Below are positions 1-13,075 of a DNA stretch of 64,000 nt, piece by piece. The translations under genes and the position numbers were made by a program. The stretch spans positions 1,984,001-2,048,000 of the forward strand of contig OX597828.1 in assembly GCA_951406725.2 (NCBI GenBank). Reading direction: 5' to 3'. The stretch comes from Octopus vulgaris. Taxonomy: Eukaryota. The stretch's first letter is position 1. Each line of letters begins with the position of its first letter. The notes beneath the pieces are model-generated. The model worked only from the letters and a program-made list of their open reading frames with translations. It was not told the DNA's origin and did no database searches.

Positions 1-1250
1 TTGGTGTAAGGCAGAAGTCATATACCTGCTGACGGAAGCCAATGCAGAGACTATAAAACAGTTTAGGCCAATATCCTTATTGAATGTGGAAGGCAAGATC
101 TTTATGGGAATTCTTTCGAGCAGAACAGTGACATATTTACAGAGTAATGAATATGTTGCTGAATCTGTTCAAAAGACCGGAATCCCTGGGATCCCTGGAT
201 GCGTTGGACATTGCTTTTCGATTTGGAAAGCGATCCAGGATGCCAAATACAACAAGAGATGTCTGAAAGTGGTATGGCTTGACCTAGTTAATACATATGG
301 CTCAGTGTCACACGAATTACTAATGAGAGCCATAGACCACTTCCACATTCCAGACAAAGTAACCAAAATAATGAGGATGCATTATGACAGTTTCGAGATG
401 AGGTTTACAGCTAGAGATTTTACAACAGATTGGTACCAACTGGAGATTGGCATTGCTGCTGGCTGTACAATATCTGTCACGTAGTTTATCTTTGTCATGG
501 AGATGATTTTGAAAGCCGTGGATTTTTCGAAACAAATCGCCCATGTAAAATCGCCTAAGAAAGCCTTCATGACACTTCTATCATGACACATCTATCTACA
601 GATAAGCAAATTGATCTCAACAACAGTGAAAAAAGCTGTTGAAAGTACCAATTTGATATTTCATTTTCTTCATGCACTCAGGATAGCGGATCCGTTTCAA
701 GAAGAACAAACTTCCTGTGAGAGATGAAAAGTGGAACGGCTATTGGGAGGTGACTGCAGATTTACCAGGGTGCCAGGAACTCTTTCCCATCCCAGTTACG
801 AAAAAGACTTTTTAATGTGGTATGAAAGAAAAGAAAGTAGTGAATCTAGTCTAGTTAACAGTTCCTCATGAAGATAACATGGATGCCGCTCGGGATCGAA
901 ATATTGACCGTTATGTAAACCTCCACGAGGAATGTGAAGACGCAGGCTGAAAAGCGGAGCATTTTCCAATCGAAGTCGGATGTAGAGGGTTTGTTGCACA
1001 TAGTGTGAGATGACTGTTGTTATCGTTAGGCTTGACTCATTGTAAAGTAAATACCACCATGAGTGATATCCAAAGGCTAGTCACTGGATTTGGTTAAAAA
1101 GAGACGATGAGCGATGGCTAGAAGAATATTGAGCTATATCTGATAACCAGCTGATCTAGCAAGCGAGGCCGGTGCGCATTGATGCTAGCGAGAGGTAGGC
1201 CCGAAACGGCGCACATTCTCTCCTGATGACCCCATACACTTGCTGATTTG
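1..1250 (+). mobile_element. Degraded RLE-type non-LTR retrotransposon (HERO/NeSL-like): RT, endonuclease end and 3' UTR, internally deleted
   Basis: ORF 80-484 has RT motifs QKTGIPGIPGCVGH, VWLDLVNTYGSVSH and GIAAGCTISV. Downstream reads FPIEVGCRGFVAHS (~963-1003) and SHWIWLKRDDERWL (~1080-1120), typical of the C-terminal restriction-like endonuclease. Stops and frameshifts present. Confidence 0.85.
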
Positions 1251-1355
1251 TTCGACTAAGCCCCAGCATGATCGCAGTTCAGTGATTGAAGCAAGCGGTG
1301 AAAGATAATATAGTAATGATCATGATGAATGTAACTAGAATATTTATAACTCAGG

Positions 1356-1405
<50 letters not shown>

Positions 1406-1416
1406 GTGTGTGTGTA
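1356..1416. repeat. (AG)n plus (TG)n microsatellite
   Basis: Direct reading. Confidence 0.95.
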
Positions 1417-1459
1417 TGTGGTGTATCTAAGCAGTAGATAGTGTATCTAAGTAATAGAC

Positions 1460-1706
1460 AGTGACGACAGAAAAGTAGACTCGTGAAAAAAAAAAAAGGT
1501 CAGGCACATGATAAGTGAGAAAATACCCGTATGGTAAGTGTCATACTAGTATCAAACGATCAGCGATTTGTATCCTGTCATGGTTTTATACTGTTTCTCT
1601 ATATTTCTAAGGTTCTTAACCCATTTAAAGTCCATTTTATTTTGGTATAAATAGAAACCATCTGAGATTTACTGTGAGCATTTTTTTATGCATTTCATTA
1701 TACGCT
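1460..1706 (+). repeat. ~250-bp dispersed direct repeat, copy 1 (copy 2 at ~3903-4149)
   Basis: Both copies share AAAAGGTCAGGCACATGATAAGTG...AATAGAAACCATCTGAGATT...CATTATACGC with scattered substitutions. Confidence 0.9.
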
Positions 1707-1913
1707 AATCAGTTGCATACCAGATGGGTGTCTTGGTTAAGAATTGAGATGTGTTGATATGCATCATTAAGTTATTCTGTTATAAATAAACTATTGAGCG
1801 TAACACGAAATTTTAATATAATAGGCTTCACAGAGGCTGGTTATTAATCATGGATGTCCGTATGTTGGACATTCGTAAGTCGAGGATTGCGTGTAATGTA
1901 TTATAAAGTCTAA

Positions 1914-2297
1914 TTTGTTCCTACTCTTGGCACAAGGACCTAAATTTTGGGGGAAGGGGCCAGTCGATTAGATCGACCCTAGAACGCAACTGGTGCTTAA
2001 TTTATCGACCCCGAAAGGATGAAAGGCAAGGTCGACCTCGGCGGAATTTGAACTTAGAACGTAGCCTCAGACGAAATACCTATTTCTTCACTACCCACAA
2101 GGGGCTAAACACAGAGGGGGCAAACAAGGACAGACACACAGATTAAGTCGATTATATCGACCCCAGTGCGTAACTGGTACTTATTTAATCGACCCCGAAA
2201 GGATGAAAGACAAAGTCGACCTCGGCAGAATTTGAACTCAGAATTTGAACTAAGCATTTCGCCCGGCGTGATTACGGTTCTGCCAGCTCGCCGCCTT
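1914..2297 (-). mobile_element. tRNA-derived SINE with two tandem core modules
   Basis: The module ATCGACCCCGAAAGGATGAAAG.CAA.GTCGACCTCGGC.GAATTTGAAC (antisense B-box plus conserved core) occurs twice. The antisense A-box-like head TTCTGCCAGCTCGCCGCC is at ~2279-2296. Confidence 0.85.
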
Positions 2298-2928
2298 TAT
2301 TATAATGTGTAATGTTAGATAGAAACGATTGCATTTTCCCTACTCGGTAGCATATAAAAGTCACAGCGTTCTATTTATTTTTCCTGCTTTGCTCTGATGA
2401 AATAATTATCTTCATCGTGTAAACATTAGTATCTTAAGTATAGAGATAGGAACGTTTTACATCTGTACTTACATGAAGGAAATATATTTATTGAGATAAA
2501 AGGCAAAAGAAAGAAAAACAAGTGAAAAAAAACTGTAAAATGCAATTGTGACCTGAAACTTATTTAAACAATAGAGAAGACGAAAAAATATATTTTATCC
2601 TGGCTTTTTTATTTTTCTCTCTTTCTATATACCAAAAATGTTAAGCTGCTCGTCACTACTTTGAAAAGAATTATTTGGAATAACCTACTTGTTACATTTT
2701 CTTTTTGTATAGGTTGTCCTGAAATCTCAGAACTGGACACATGAACTCTATGAGGTAAAAAGCAGCAAAATGTTATAAAGTTTAATAGTTAATGATAGAT
2801 TTAATGAAGTTGGGCTGCAGAGTAGACACAATGCACTAAATTCTTTGGTCTACTACAATGTAATTTTTATTTACGGAAACACGCCGTGTCAATTGTGTCA
2901 ATGAAAGGCCAAGGTACGGTGAACATAG

Positions 2929-2966
<38 letters not shown>

Positions 2967-3902
2967 CATGTAGAAAATATCAAGAAATAATAGATTTTCC
3001 GCTTCTACTTCAACTTTGATCTACTTTAGTGTATTTTGAAACCGCTGCCATAAAGATTGATTTTGGATGCCAGTGCTTATATACAGAGACTTCAAGATGC
3101 TTATAAATATCATTTCTTTTTAAAATAACACTATTTGTATCAAAATGAAAATAGTTATAACTTCTTCTTGCCTCACCCCATCTCCCTGCGATGAGGCTAT
3201 TTTGATAGGAAGCATCTCGTTTGTGAGATGAAAAACGGAAGTAGTCCATATCCGATGAACATAACGTGGTATTTCTCATGCTAGACTCATTCTAAAGATT
3301 AGATTGGATGGATATATGAAGCAGAAGGTTGTTGAGAAATTTAGAATGAAAACAAATACTAATGACAAAGTTGAAAAGAGAAACAACTTATTAGATGCTC
3401 AGCTATTAAAACAAAATGTTACATACACAAATGTATATATCAATCTGAAAACTCGCTTTGCTTAAAGCTTTAGAAATCAACGAGCCAAGTGGCTCGAGAA
3501 AATATTGCCCGAGTCCTACAATTCTTTCACAATTCCTTCAATTCATTTTCTATTTCCCAGTCGCATTTACCTTAATATTTTCATAAGTATTCTTGAAATG
3601 ATTGTCGTTATTGCTTAGTAATAGCTGAGCAAAATTAAATTTGAAATAGACTAATAGACAAAACTAGGTTTCATAATACTTTAAAATCATATTTGACCTT
3701 ACGAACAAAGTCATTGAAAAGGCCACAAGGTATTTAACCTAAGCAGAAGTAGTGTCAGTTTTGTAAGAAATTGCATATCAACAGTCAGAACATAAGTTGT
3801 TAACATAATTGGTTAGCAGAATGCCATTTATCTGTAGTGGAAATATTTAAAATGAAGGGATACGTAACTCATGTGCACTTTTGATCTTTATACAGTAATA
3901 GA

Positions 3903-4149
3903 TAGTGAGCAACAGAAAACAAAGTAGACGTGAAAAAAAGGTCAGGCACATGATAAGTGGGAAAATACCCGTATAGTAAGTGCCATACTAGTATCAAAGG
4001 ATCAACGCTTTGTATCCTGTCATGGTTTTCTATTGTTTCTCTATATTTCTAAGGTTCTTAACCCTTTTAATGTCCATTTCAGTTTGCTATAAATAGAAAC
4101 CATCTGAGATTCACTGTGAGCATTTTATTTGATGTATTTCATTATACGC
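3903..4149 (+). repeat. ~250-bp dispersed direct repeat, copy 2
   Basis: Aligns by eye to 1460-1706. Confidence 0.9.
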
Positions 4150-5039
4150 CAAGCTTTCCCATTCGCATTAACTTCATTAAATGTAGAAAAATAAAGCAAA
4201 ATATAATTCTGTTTTGAAAAACATTTAAATCCCTTGACTGCGGAGGATTAATTAATCTGATTGACATGAGATCTAGACAAGAAATAATTCACTAGCAACA
4301 GAAATTAAAGCAATACCGTTAACAAATGTAATTATAAATAAACATAATTATTATAGCAAAGAGAATATTTGTTTCATCTTTATTTCCTCTGTTAGGAATA
4401 TAATTTAATATTTAATTAACTCATTTTAACATACTCAGAACTCAAAATCTTTTCGGAATGTGAGGCAGAATTGTTACAAATAATCAAATTATAATGTATA
4501 ATCTGAATTTTTGTGTGTTTATGTAGTAGCATCACTTGTCATAAATGGAAATATAATTTTTATGATAAATAACAGCCTCGACAATCAGAATTTCATTAAT
4601 GTGTTCTTTTCATATTCTATTTACTTTCAAGTCTATAGCACTTGTTAATAATATACTTTTTTCCAAATATACACACATGCATATGCTTATCGAACGCTCG
4701 ACATACAAACGAACACAATATATATATATATGATTATTATCTGTATTTTTGAAAATGAAAATACTTCAGACGTTGGCCTTGTGTCTCGCTTTTCAATATT
4801 GTTTAGTGTTACTTTGTTTCGTTCCTGATGATTCCAGTAAATAAAAGAATTTCAATGTGAGCAAAAACACTTTGATCAAAATTTTTCAGACAACAAATAC
4901 ACTTACTCCCCTGGAGATACATATATAATGTTATAAGCACATATGTTACCCAGTTCACTATTAAGCAGCATATTGTTTAGTGTAGAAATATATAATAAAC
5001 AACAAAACGTTCATTTTCTAGTTAGATCTCAAATTCATG

Positions 5040-5362
5040 TCTGTCTGGATAAAGAAGCCTGTTTTGCAACCATGTGGCTTCGGGTTCAGTCCCACTGTCC
5101 ACTGTATCCCCGAGTAGATTAATTCCATGTGAGGGAATTTGGAACACAGAAACTGTGTGGAAGCCCATTTTATATATGTGGTGGGGGGTGAGTATCTTGG
5201 CAATGAGTATCGTTTGATTACATCCTTCTAACTTAGCAGAAAACAGAATAAGAAGTACTTGGCTTAAAAATAGGTACTCGATTTTTTTCTTCAAATAAAA
5301 CCTTTCTTGGGGGTGTCCCAGCATGGCCGCAGTCGAATGACTGAAACAAGATAAAAGAAGAA
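5040..5362 (+). mobile_element. tRNA-derived SINE (octopus OR-like), diverged
   Basis: B-box-like GGGTTCAGTCCCACTG and 3' tail CCCAGCATGGCCGCAGTC..ATGACTGAAACAAG shared with other copies in this window. Confidence 0.8.
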
Positions 5363-5433
5363 TTATAACATGAAGGGAATATTAACTAAAGGAGATGGGA
5401 GAATTACATTTCCTGAGATAGGATTAATAATTA

Positions 5434-7145
5434 CACAGGTCTGCGGCCAAAAAACTGTTTCACATTTTTTTGCAGAGTGAAATTAATCAAGTTTTAAATA
5501 CTAATTTTAAAAATTACAAAGAAATTAGTCCATTCACGTGCAGTTTCGTAGAAAAATTGACCACTGCATTTTACCATTTTGCTGGAATTTTACCATTGTT
5601 TATTATTATTTCTTTTAATTACCTTATTTAGATTATGATAGATGTAATTTTGAAAAATAAACACCTGGCAACATTTAGACCATTTCAGCTACACGGAGAG
5701 ATACCTGCATCACTTCTGTCACTTCTGTCATCCACAAGCAGTGAGGAGAGAAAGACGCGTCACGTTACTTAGGTTTAAACGTATATTTTTATTTCACTTA
5801 TTTCCTCATGCTTTTTCCTGATGTACACACGCTACATAAATTGTTTTATAGTGTTTGTTGTATTCATTTAGATGGTAAACCAAATATACGCTGTTAAAAT
5901 ATGTCCTCTTCCTCTATCCATGCAAACCTCCACATCATTTGAAGCTAGGATGTTTTCTAGAATATATGCAGAAAAGCATTACCGAATTTGTTAAAAATAT
6001 TATTATGCCTACTTTGTTAAGTTCTCTCCATATCATTGGAACCCCAAACCGAAAAGACTTCTTTACACATTATGTTCATTGTCTCAGTTATTCAACATAA
6101 ATTGAGCAGGCCTTACGAAAAGTCCACTTCTTGTCTCAGTCTCCTAATTTCACGCCAAAGTAGGCATAAGGCCAGCTCAATCTGTAGACATAGTAAGGCC
6201 TGCTCAATAACTAAATGAAGAAAATGTATAAAGAAGTCTTTTCGTTTTGGGGTTCCAATGAAATGGATTGCTGTGATAACTGCTACATTTACTCATGTAA
6301 GGTTCAGGGACACAATTTGAAGAATGGGAAGAATATTATTTATCCAAATTTTCCATTTGCATTGCAACCTGTTGCCCATAACCTAGACGTCCCAACCCAT
6401 CACCACCAGGTAACCTTGAAGTCATACACTTGAGTTCTGAGTCAGAAGGCAGAAACAGCAAATACGACGAAGATTCAACAGCAGTGAAGGTGAAAAACCT
6501 CAAAGGAATCAGCAAAGCATTTAGGTTCCAGACTTAAAGAATATTTTAGCACCTTGAGAATCATTCTATTGGTATTGTAACCGCAAAAAAGCTTGTTCCT
6601 TATTTCGCTTTAGAAAATGATTTGGTATACTGTACAGTGCTATCAGGATTAATAGGAAAGTTAGGCGTAAGTTACCAAATGAATGGACACTCTTTATTAA
6701 CGCTTCAAAGAGAAGTCTAAAACCTGTTCTACTGCATAAAAACAATAAATATGCTTCCATCCATATTGGACACTGTGATTACGAAAGAAACATGGAAACT
6801 TTGCATCAATTCTCCACGCACAATATTAAATTCAAATATTACAACTTGATTTGCGGCGAAAAATATTTGTATGTTGCTTGGACAACAATCAGGCTACACA
6901 AAGTCTCCTTGTTCCTTGCGTGAATGGGACAGTAGAGCAAGGAATTTCTATTGGTCTAAAAAAATGGCCAAGTAGGGATATACTTACACCAAGAACAAAG
7001 AATATGCTTCGAGAAAGTTTGTTCTTTTGTCTCCTCTACATATAAAACTTGGCCTCATCAAGCAATTCATAAAAGTTTTGCCACAGTATGAAGAGGCGTA
7101 GCAAGTTTCTTTCTCTGTCAGATGCCAAGGTCGAAGGACCAGATA
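5434..7145 (+). mobile_element. Degraded DNA transposon, Chapaev3 (CMC)-like transposase relic
   Basis: Motifs across frames: DNCYIY..., IIYPNFPFALQPVAH, W.LFINASKRSLKPVLLH.NNKYASI.IGH, LICG...MLLGQQSGYT, CEWDSRA, PLHIKLGLIKQFIKVL. Possible 5' terminus CAC at 5434. Family name is from recalled motifs, not a database search. Confidence 0.7.
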
Positions 7146-7751
7146 TTAATTATATATATATATATGAATTTTGTTAAATCGCCGTTCGACTCCATTCTTT
7201 CATCTCTATATATAAAACTGAAATGCATTTTTACCGCTTGGATCGCTTTCAATGCCACTACATCCCGTCCGATTCGCTCCAAAATTTACAGGGACATGTA
7301 GAATGAGGTGACGATGCTCGTGGGCTACCTTAGAAATCCCTATCTTAAAAGGTGTGGTTGCTAGGGGCCATCTTCCTCACTCACGCTATTTCCTCCAGTA
7401 CCCTCTCACTCCTCTTCATTTGACAAGTCCACTCCTGTTATTTAATGTAAAGTCTTCCTCAAATCACTCTCTCGCTATTTCCTCTCTTCCAAGAACATTT
7501 TCACTCACTCTATCTCTTAGCTTCCCATACTTTTTACTCATGTATCTATCTGCGTTCATAGACAGAAACAAATATTACATCGCCATCGCCATCGCATTCT
7601 ATTGTCTACCTGTCAACAACACACACACACACACACATATATATATACATATATCTAATATTATAATTTTATTTTTATGTTTTGGTTTTTGTTTTTTTAC
7701 TGTTTCATTTCCCTATTAGTGGTTTTATCTCTAATTTAATTTCTACAGCGT

Positions 7752-7807
<56 letters not shown>

Positions 7808-8028
7808 ACCTATATGTGGCCCCAGTAGACCCGAATGAAATTGGGTTATCTTCATCAAAATGTGAAAAGGGGTCTAGAATTATCATCGCCACAACTTATG
7901 TATATGTCTTCCTCACTCTTTTTCCTAATGATAATTATCATCGCTACCACCACCAACACACAATCATGACAATCATGTTTACATTGCAACGATGTCTGCC
8001 ACCTCCGCCGTCTCTATTTATTCTGCAA

Positions 8029-8226
8029 ATGACCAGAACTGGGGAAACTTGGTTGAGTGTTCTATGGTCTATGACCAGAACTCCGGAAACTTGGTTGAGT
8101 GTTCTATGGTCTATCACCAGAACTCGGGAAACTTGCTTGACTGTTCTATGGTCTATGACCAGAACTCGGGAAACTTGGTTGAGTGTTCTATGGTCTATGA
8201 CTAGAACTTGGGAAACTTGGTTGAGT
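8029..8226 (+). repeat. 42-bp minisatellite, ~4.7 copies
   Basis: Unit ATGACCAGAACTCGGGAAACTTGGTTGAGTGTTCTATGGTCT. It explains the repetitive ORFs 7750-8265 and 7992-8204. Confidence 0.95.
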
Positions 8227-8914
8227 CCTCATCTTATAAAATGTGGCCCCAGTAGCCCCAAATGAAATCGGGTTATATTAACCAAAATGTGAAAAGGGGT
8301 CAAAATGGGGCTGGAAGGGGATTAAAATTTAAAGGAGCGGGTGTTTAGCAATTCTCTGTTACATCAAGCTAAAAAAATTGCGCCAGCCTTTTAATCGTCA
8401 ATGTGTTGCCGTCCATGATGAAGAAGTTTTGAATGCTTGCCATCGTGAGTCTACTGTCGTGATAAAGAATCAATTCAAAACTTGGTTTTTAGGGATTTTC
8501 TTTTACATCAAGTTCAAAATTTTACGCCAGCCGTTGAACTGTCAATACGTTGCTGTCCGTCGTTAAGAAATGCCAGCCATGGTGACTCTACTATCCTCAA
8601 ATTCTATCCCTTCAAACTTTGGTTTCCAATATTTTATTATTTTTATTCAGCTCGCACGTTCGTCTCTCCCTTTTAAATGTTAGTGTTTTGCTGTCTGCCT
8701 TGAAGCAGACCTTTCCGTTGTTACTGCCTGATATTTATGATTGATCTTTCTAAATATTTTATTTCTCAACTTACTCAAGATCTTTTGTTGTTTATAAATG
8801 GGAGAGAGATAGATAAAGATAGAGAGTAAGAGAAAGCGAGGGAGAGTCCGAGAGAAAGGAAGAGTAAGAGAGTGGGAAAGTGAGAGAGAAAGGAGAGAGA
8901 AACAAAGAGGGAGA

Positions 8915-9226
8915 ATCATCATCATCATCATCATTTAACGTCCGTTTTCCGTGCTAGCACGGGTTGGACAGTTTGACAGGGGTCTGGGAAGCCAGGAGGC
9001 TGCACCAGGCTCCAGTCTGATCTGGCAGTGTTTCGACAGGTGGATGCTCTTCCTAACGCCAACCACTCTGTGAGCGTAGTGGGTGCTTTTTTCGTGCCGC
9101 CGGCACAGGTGCCAGGGGGGCTGGCAGCGGCTACGATCGGTTGGTGCTTTTTACGTGTCACCAGCACAGAAGCCAGTCATGGCGGCGCTGCAATCCGCCA
9201 CGTTCTGATGGTGCTTTTTACGTGCT
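8915..9226 (-). mobile_element. 3' tail of an RTE-related LINE/SINE nested in the Helitron
   Basis: (CAT)n tail, then TTTAACGTCCGTTTTCCGTGCTAGCACGGGTTGGAC and GGATGCTCTTCCTAACGCCAACC. Confidence 0.65.
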
Positions 9227-9448
9227 GAAAGGAAGCAACAGAAAGTAACAACCACACTCCCACCCGCGCGTAGAGCGGGTCACCTTCAGCTAGTTTATCT
9301 ATAGTAAAAAAACACACAAATTTCCACACGAAAGCACGTGATTTCTGCCCTTGGCATGTAGCTTCAACCGTGCTTTCTGACGTAAATTTGCTACCCGGGT
9401 ATCGGTTAACCGAATTATTCATACTAGGATAATTCATTCAACTACATA

Positions 9449-9451
<3 letters not shown>

Positions 9452-9535
<84 letters not shown>
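9452..9535. repeat. (TA)n(TG)n microsatellite
   Basis: Direct reading. Confidence 0.95.
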
Positions 9536-9537
<2 letters not shown>

Positions 9538-11782
9538 TTCAGCAGTGGTAGACGTTTAGTATTTTGGTTGGGGGCTTGAATTAATTGTTCTTGATTGCAC
9601 TTCATTAGAGGGTATATAGTAAAAACTATTGTTTCGTACCCGTATAAGAAAAATCAGCAGTTTATCTATTGTACCTATTTTGTTCCCGAAAAGTTACGGT
9701 AAAAATAAATTTAGTGTCCCGTGCAAACACGCTTCGGCATGTTTACGAGAATCTTTGAAGGCAATCTTTCGCTTCGAACGGTAAATATACTTACTTTTGG
9801 ATTAACTCCAACTCCATAATCTAATATGCTACTTTCGATTGGTAATAATGAAAGGCAATTTACCTAAATCAATATTTGCTTATACCTGAGGAAATATAAT
9901 GATGAAAATCAAATACGTCCAGCATGCTGAAATAGCGATAGACGTGTTAGCTCTTTAGGATAAATCGCAAACTATTACTGAAGCCAAATAATCTTCCCCC
10001 TATTTATGTTGCTTACTTGTGCTGATTAGCTGTATTTGAAAATATGTGGAGGGCTGTAATACTAACATTCTATGAACGCTAGGTAGCTACCCTATAATAT
10101 AACAACTGATAGAGTTAAATATTATGGAAATGCACCCATACCTTAAAAAAAAAAGAAATAAATAAAACAACTGAACGAGGTGCTTAATACATGAATTGAA
10201 ATTAAATTTGTTTAAATTTTGGCGACCAAATGATACAATTTTCCTTCTGTTTACGTAGCAAACGAAGTTAAGAAAAATGCAAATCTCATAATTCACACAA
10301 GTGAATCTTGTTTACTAGACCAAGGAATATTATTGCTAGACTAACTCTTCATACATCCTTTGCTGAAGATGAAAGTCTACCCGACCGTTTAAAAGAGTTT
10401 GATTTTGAGAGTGACCATTATTATGTAACTCGAAACTGTTACGTTTTGCACACATGTTGCTAGTATAGTCAAGATCAGATCAGAGAGATGTATACCTCTT
10501 TATGTCTCTGATATTGAAAATACATAACAGTCTATCCAAAGTAAAGAGGAAAACTTGAATAAGGCAAGTTCCCAAATATCAGAAATGATGTTTAATTGGA
10601 CAGATTATTTACTCTGTTTGGAATCAACAAATCAATTTCAGACTTTGTTTCACCACTTGTTCTTCTTTGTTTACATTTGTTTGCTTTGCTACCATGTGCA
10701 AAGCAGGTTGCTAAGCAAATTTCACAGAACTAAGAAAGAAACGATGAGAAAGAACCTCACAATTCTTACCAACTGAAACTGATAGGCCATTGATATACAA
10801 CATGCCCATAGGTAAAATATTAATCTTCTTGACATCTCCATTAAAAATAGTCGCGTTGATGCAGCGACTGAACACCAATAGAGAAGATATTGTAGAGTGT
10901 GATTCATGGTTGTTTGATGTTTTCTGCGTTTGGGGTATATACTTTGTATGAAAACGAATGTACTGAGATATCCCTAGACACGATCGCTTTTACTTTCGGC
11001 CGATAAGCATCACTTGGTGTAGTGCTTTCTAGACATGTGATGTTTAATAAAAAAAAATAATCAATACGTCTTTATGAGTGTGGGAATCATAGATTTAATC
11101 CTGCTATCTAAAAAAAGATAAACGGAATACTTAAACACGAAATCAAACAGAAATCGACCATTACCTATCACTACAATTTCTTTTTTCTTTTCTTCATTTA
11201 TCCTTAGATCTTGCTTCGCATAGAGAATTTAGTAGTTTTCATAGATATATTTGGATCTATGTGGTAAACTTTAATATCAGTGCAGTATTCGAATTATATG
11301 TTTTAGTTTAAAGCACAAGCTAAAACAAATAATTTAATATTCAAGTTCGATATTCTTATAGAACTGATGATAGTTCGAATCCTAGTATGAGTGTTTATTG
11401 TATCGCCATTGAGGTCATTTAATATTTAATGGTGAAATCAAATCTGTGTAGATAGATATCATAGGGAAGTGCAGTAACTATACTTTGATATATATGTTTA
11501 AAATGAATTCATTACTCCCCTAACAATTATAAATCTCTTAATGTTCTTCCTTGCCTTTTTCGTCGATAACAATAATTATTTGTCTTCTTATCACTGTTGT
11601 AATTTCAGTTGATTGAGCATTCTTTTTGGCTAATGCCCTTCTTGCCGAAGTATCGCTGGAAGAGGCTTTAATGTTGTTAATTAAATTACCTGGTCGCAAT
11701 TAAAAAGTTATAACATAGTTAAAGGTGTAACGCTATAGCTTACTCACCAAAATTTAGAGTCACTTCCTACCATATGCCTGGT

Positions 11783-12164
11783 AGGGATGGAAACGGGAGA
11801 GAAATGGGATTCGGGGTGATAGAAAAGGGATGAGGAGGAGGTGAGAAATGGGATGTGGTGGGGGAGAAAAAGTGGATGAGCAGGGAAGCGAGAGGCTGAG
11901 GTGGTGGTGAGTGAAATGTGTAATTATTTTAACTAAATATTTTCCCTCCATTACTTAACACGTTTGTAATGCTTTAACGTGATTAGACGAAGGGGAAGGC
12001 GAAGAGAGAAAGAAAAAACAGAGAGAAAAAGAGAGTAAGGCGAAGAGTGAGAAAGAAAGATGGAGAGTATTGTGTATCAAGTCTACAAAATTGTGCATAA
12101 AGTATATAAAGTTTATACGAGGTCTGATCAATAAGTAGCTGGACTGTTGCACCAAAGCTAGAAC
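11783..12164 (-). repeat. 382-bp inverted duplication, left arm (right arm 13076-13457)
   Basis: Reverse complement matches 13076-13457 nearly perfectly. The ORF track gives the same peptides on opposite strands. Confidence 0.95.
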
Positions 12165-12302
12165 ACGCAGAGTAAAGCTGCACGGCATGGATTCACCTTA
12201 AACTCTGCTGTGCATGCGCACTAAGTTTTAACGTTCCAGCTCACTTCCGCTATTTACAGCAGTGCTTGGAAGGAAGGTATGTAGTGTGTGACCGTCGCAT
12301 TT
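12116..12302 (+). mobile_element. Mariner-type terminal fragment (TIR plus subterminal region)
   Basis: TA-CGAGGTCTGATCAATAAGTAGCTGGACTG resembles a mariner TIR after a TA site. Confidence 0.6.
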
Positions 12303-12304
12303 GT

Positions 12305-12467
12305 CTGAATTCCTGGAGGCTTGCATGCGCAGCAGGCTTGCTACATGCAGTCTACGGCACCGTGTCATCTGTTCTTTTCAACAATCTAATACTTTCCTGA
12401 TTACAAACCTTCTGTAACAGTTCTACCGGGCACTCTATTCCAACTTCTTCTTGATGCCTTCTGATAC
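12305..12467 (-). mobile_element. 3' end fragment of an R4/Dong-like LINE
   Basis: Minus strand reads EVGIECPVELLQKVC..IRKVLDC*, resembling the C-termini at ~55000 and ~58050. Confidence 0.55.
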
Positions 12468-12667
12468 TCTTTTACTCTTTTACTTGTTTCAGTCATTTGA
12501 CTGTGGCCTTGCTGGAGCACCGCCTTTAGTCGAGCAAATCGACCCCAGGACTTATTCTTTGTAAGCCTGGTACTTATTCTATCGGTCTGTTTTGCCGAAC
12601 CGCTAGTTACAGGGGCGTAAACACACCAGCATCAGTTGTCAAGCGATGTTGGGGAGACACACACACA

Positions 12668-12704
<37 letters not shown>

Positions 12705-12862
12705 GACGGGCTTCTTTCAGTTTCAGTCTACCGAATCCACTCACAAGGCTTTGGTCGGCCCGAGGCTATAGTAGAAGACACTTGCCCAAGGTGTCACGCA
12801 GTGGGACAGAACCCGGAACCATGCGGTTCGTAAGCAAGCTACTTAACACACACCCACTCCTA
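12468..12862 (-). mobile_element. tRNA-derived SINE (octopus OR-like), near full length
   Basis: Antisense head (A/B boxes) at 12800-12862, core with an internal (TA)n, and tail TACTTGTTTCAGTCATTTGACTG. Confidence 0.9.
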
Positions 12863-13075
12863 CTGTCCCCAAGAACCCAACAATAACTTGCACTATCTTT
12901 ACCTTCTTCATTTTCTTACTTAAGAGGGTTGTATTTATATATTTTTTTGCCTTTCTTCTTGACTATTCCTGAGTAAAAGGGGCACGCAACATCAACTATA
13001 TAGCACATGTGGTGCATCTTGTCGACCACCACTAGATCCAGACTTAATCCATCTACCTCAAAAAAAGAACTGTGA

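Larger units (their letters stand above)
7203..9293 (+). mobile_element. Non-autonomous Helitron
   Basis: 5' end A|TCTCTATATATAAAACTG. 3' hairpin ACCCGC-GCGTAGA-GCGGGT (9262-9280), then CTAG|T at 9290-9294. Internal CA microsatellites and a minisatellite. Confidence 0.7.

Noticed and set aside
1180-1235. CGAAAC...CTGATGA in the LINE 3' UTR as a type-II hammerhead
   Set aside because: Stems I and III cannot be closed and there is no suitably placed NUH. More likely the LINE 3' recognition stem-loop.
3010-3279. 89-aa minus-strand ORF as a gene
   Set aside because: No motif, splice context or homology that I can recognise. The length is compatible with chance.
8029-8226. Regular repeats as a CRISPR array or repeat protein
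   Set aside because: No unique spacers. It is a plain 42-bp tandem repeat in a eukaryotic Helitron.
10362-10445. CTGAAGA...CGAAAC as a hammerhead; similar at 22010-22110
   Set aside because: No consistent stem II or stem I pairing.
12800-12862. tRNA genes at SINE heads (also 21815-21880)
   Set aside because: A/B boxes only, followed directly by SINE core. No full cloverleaf.
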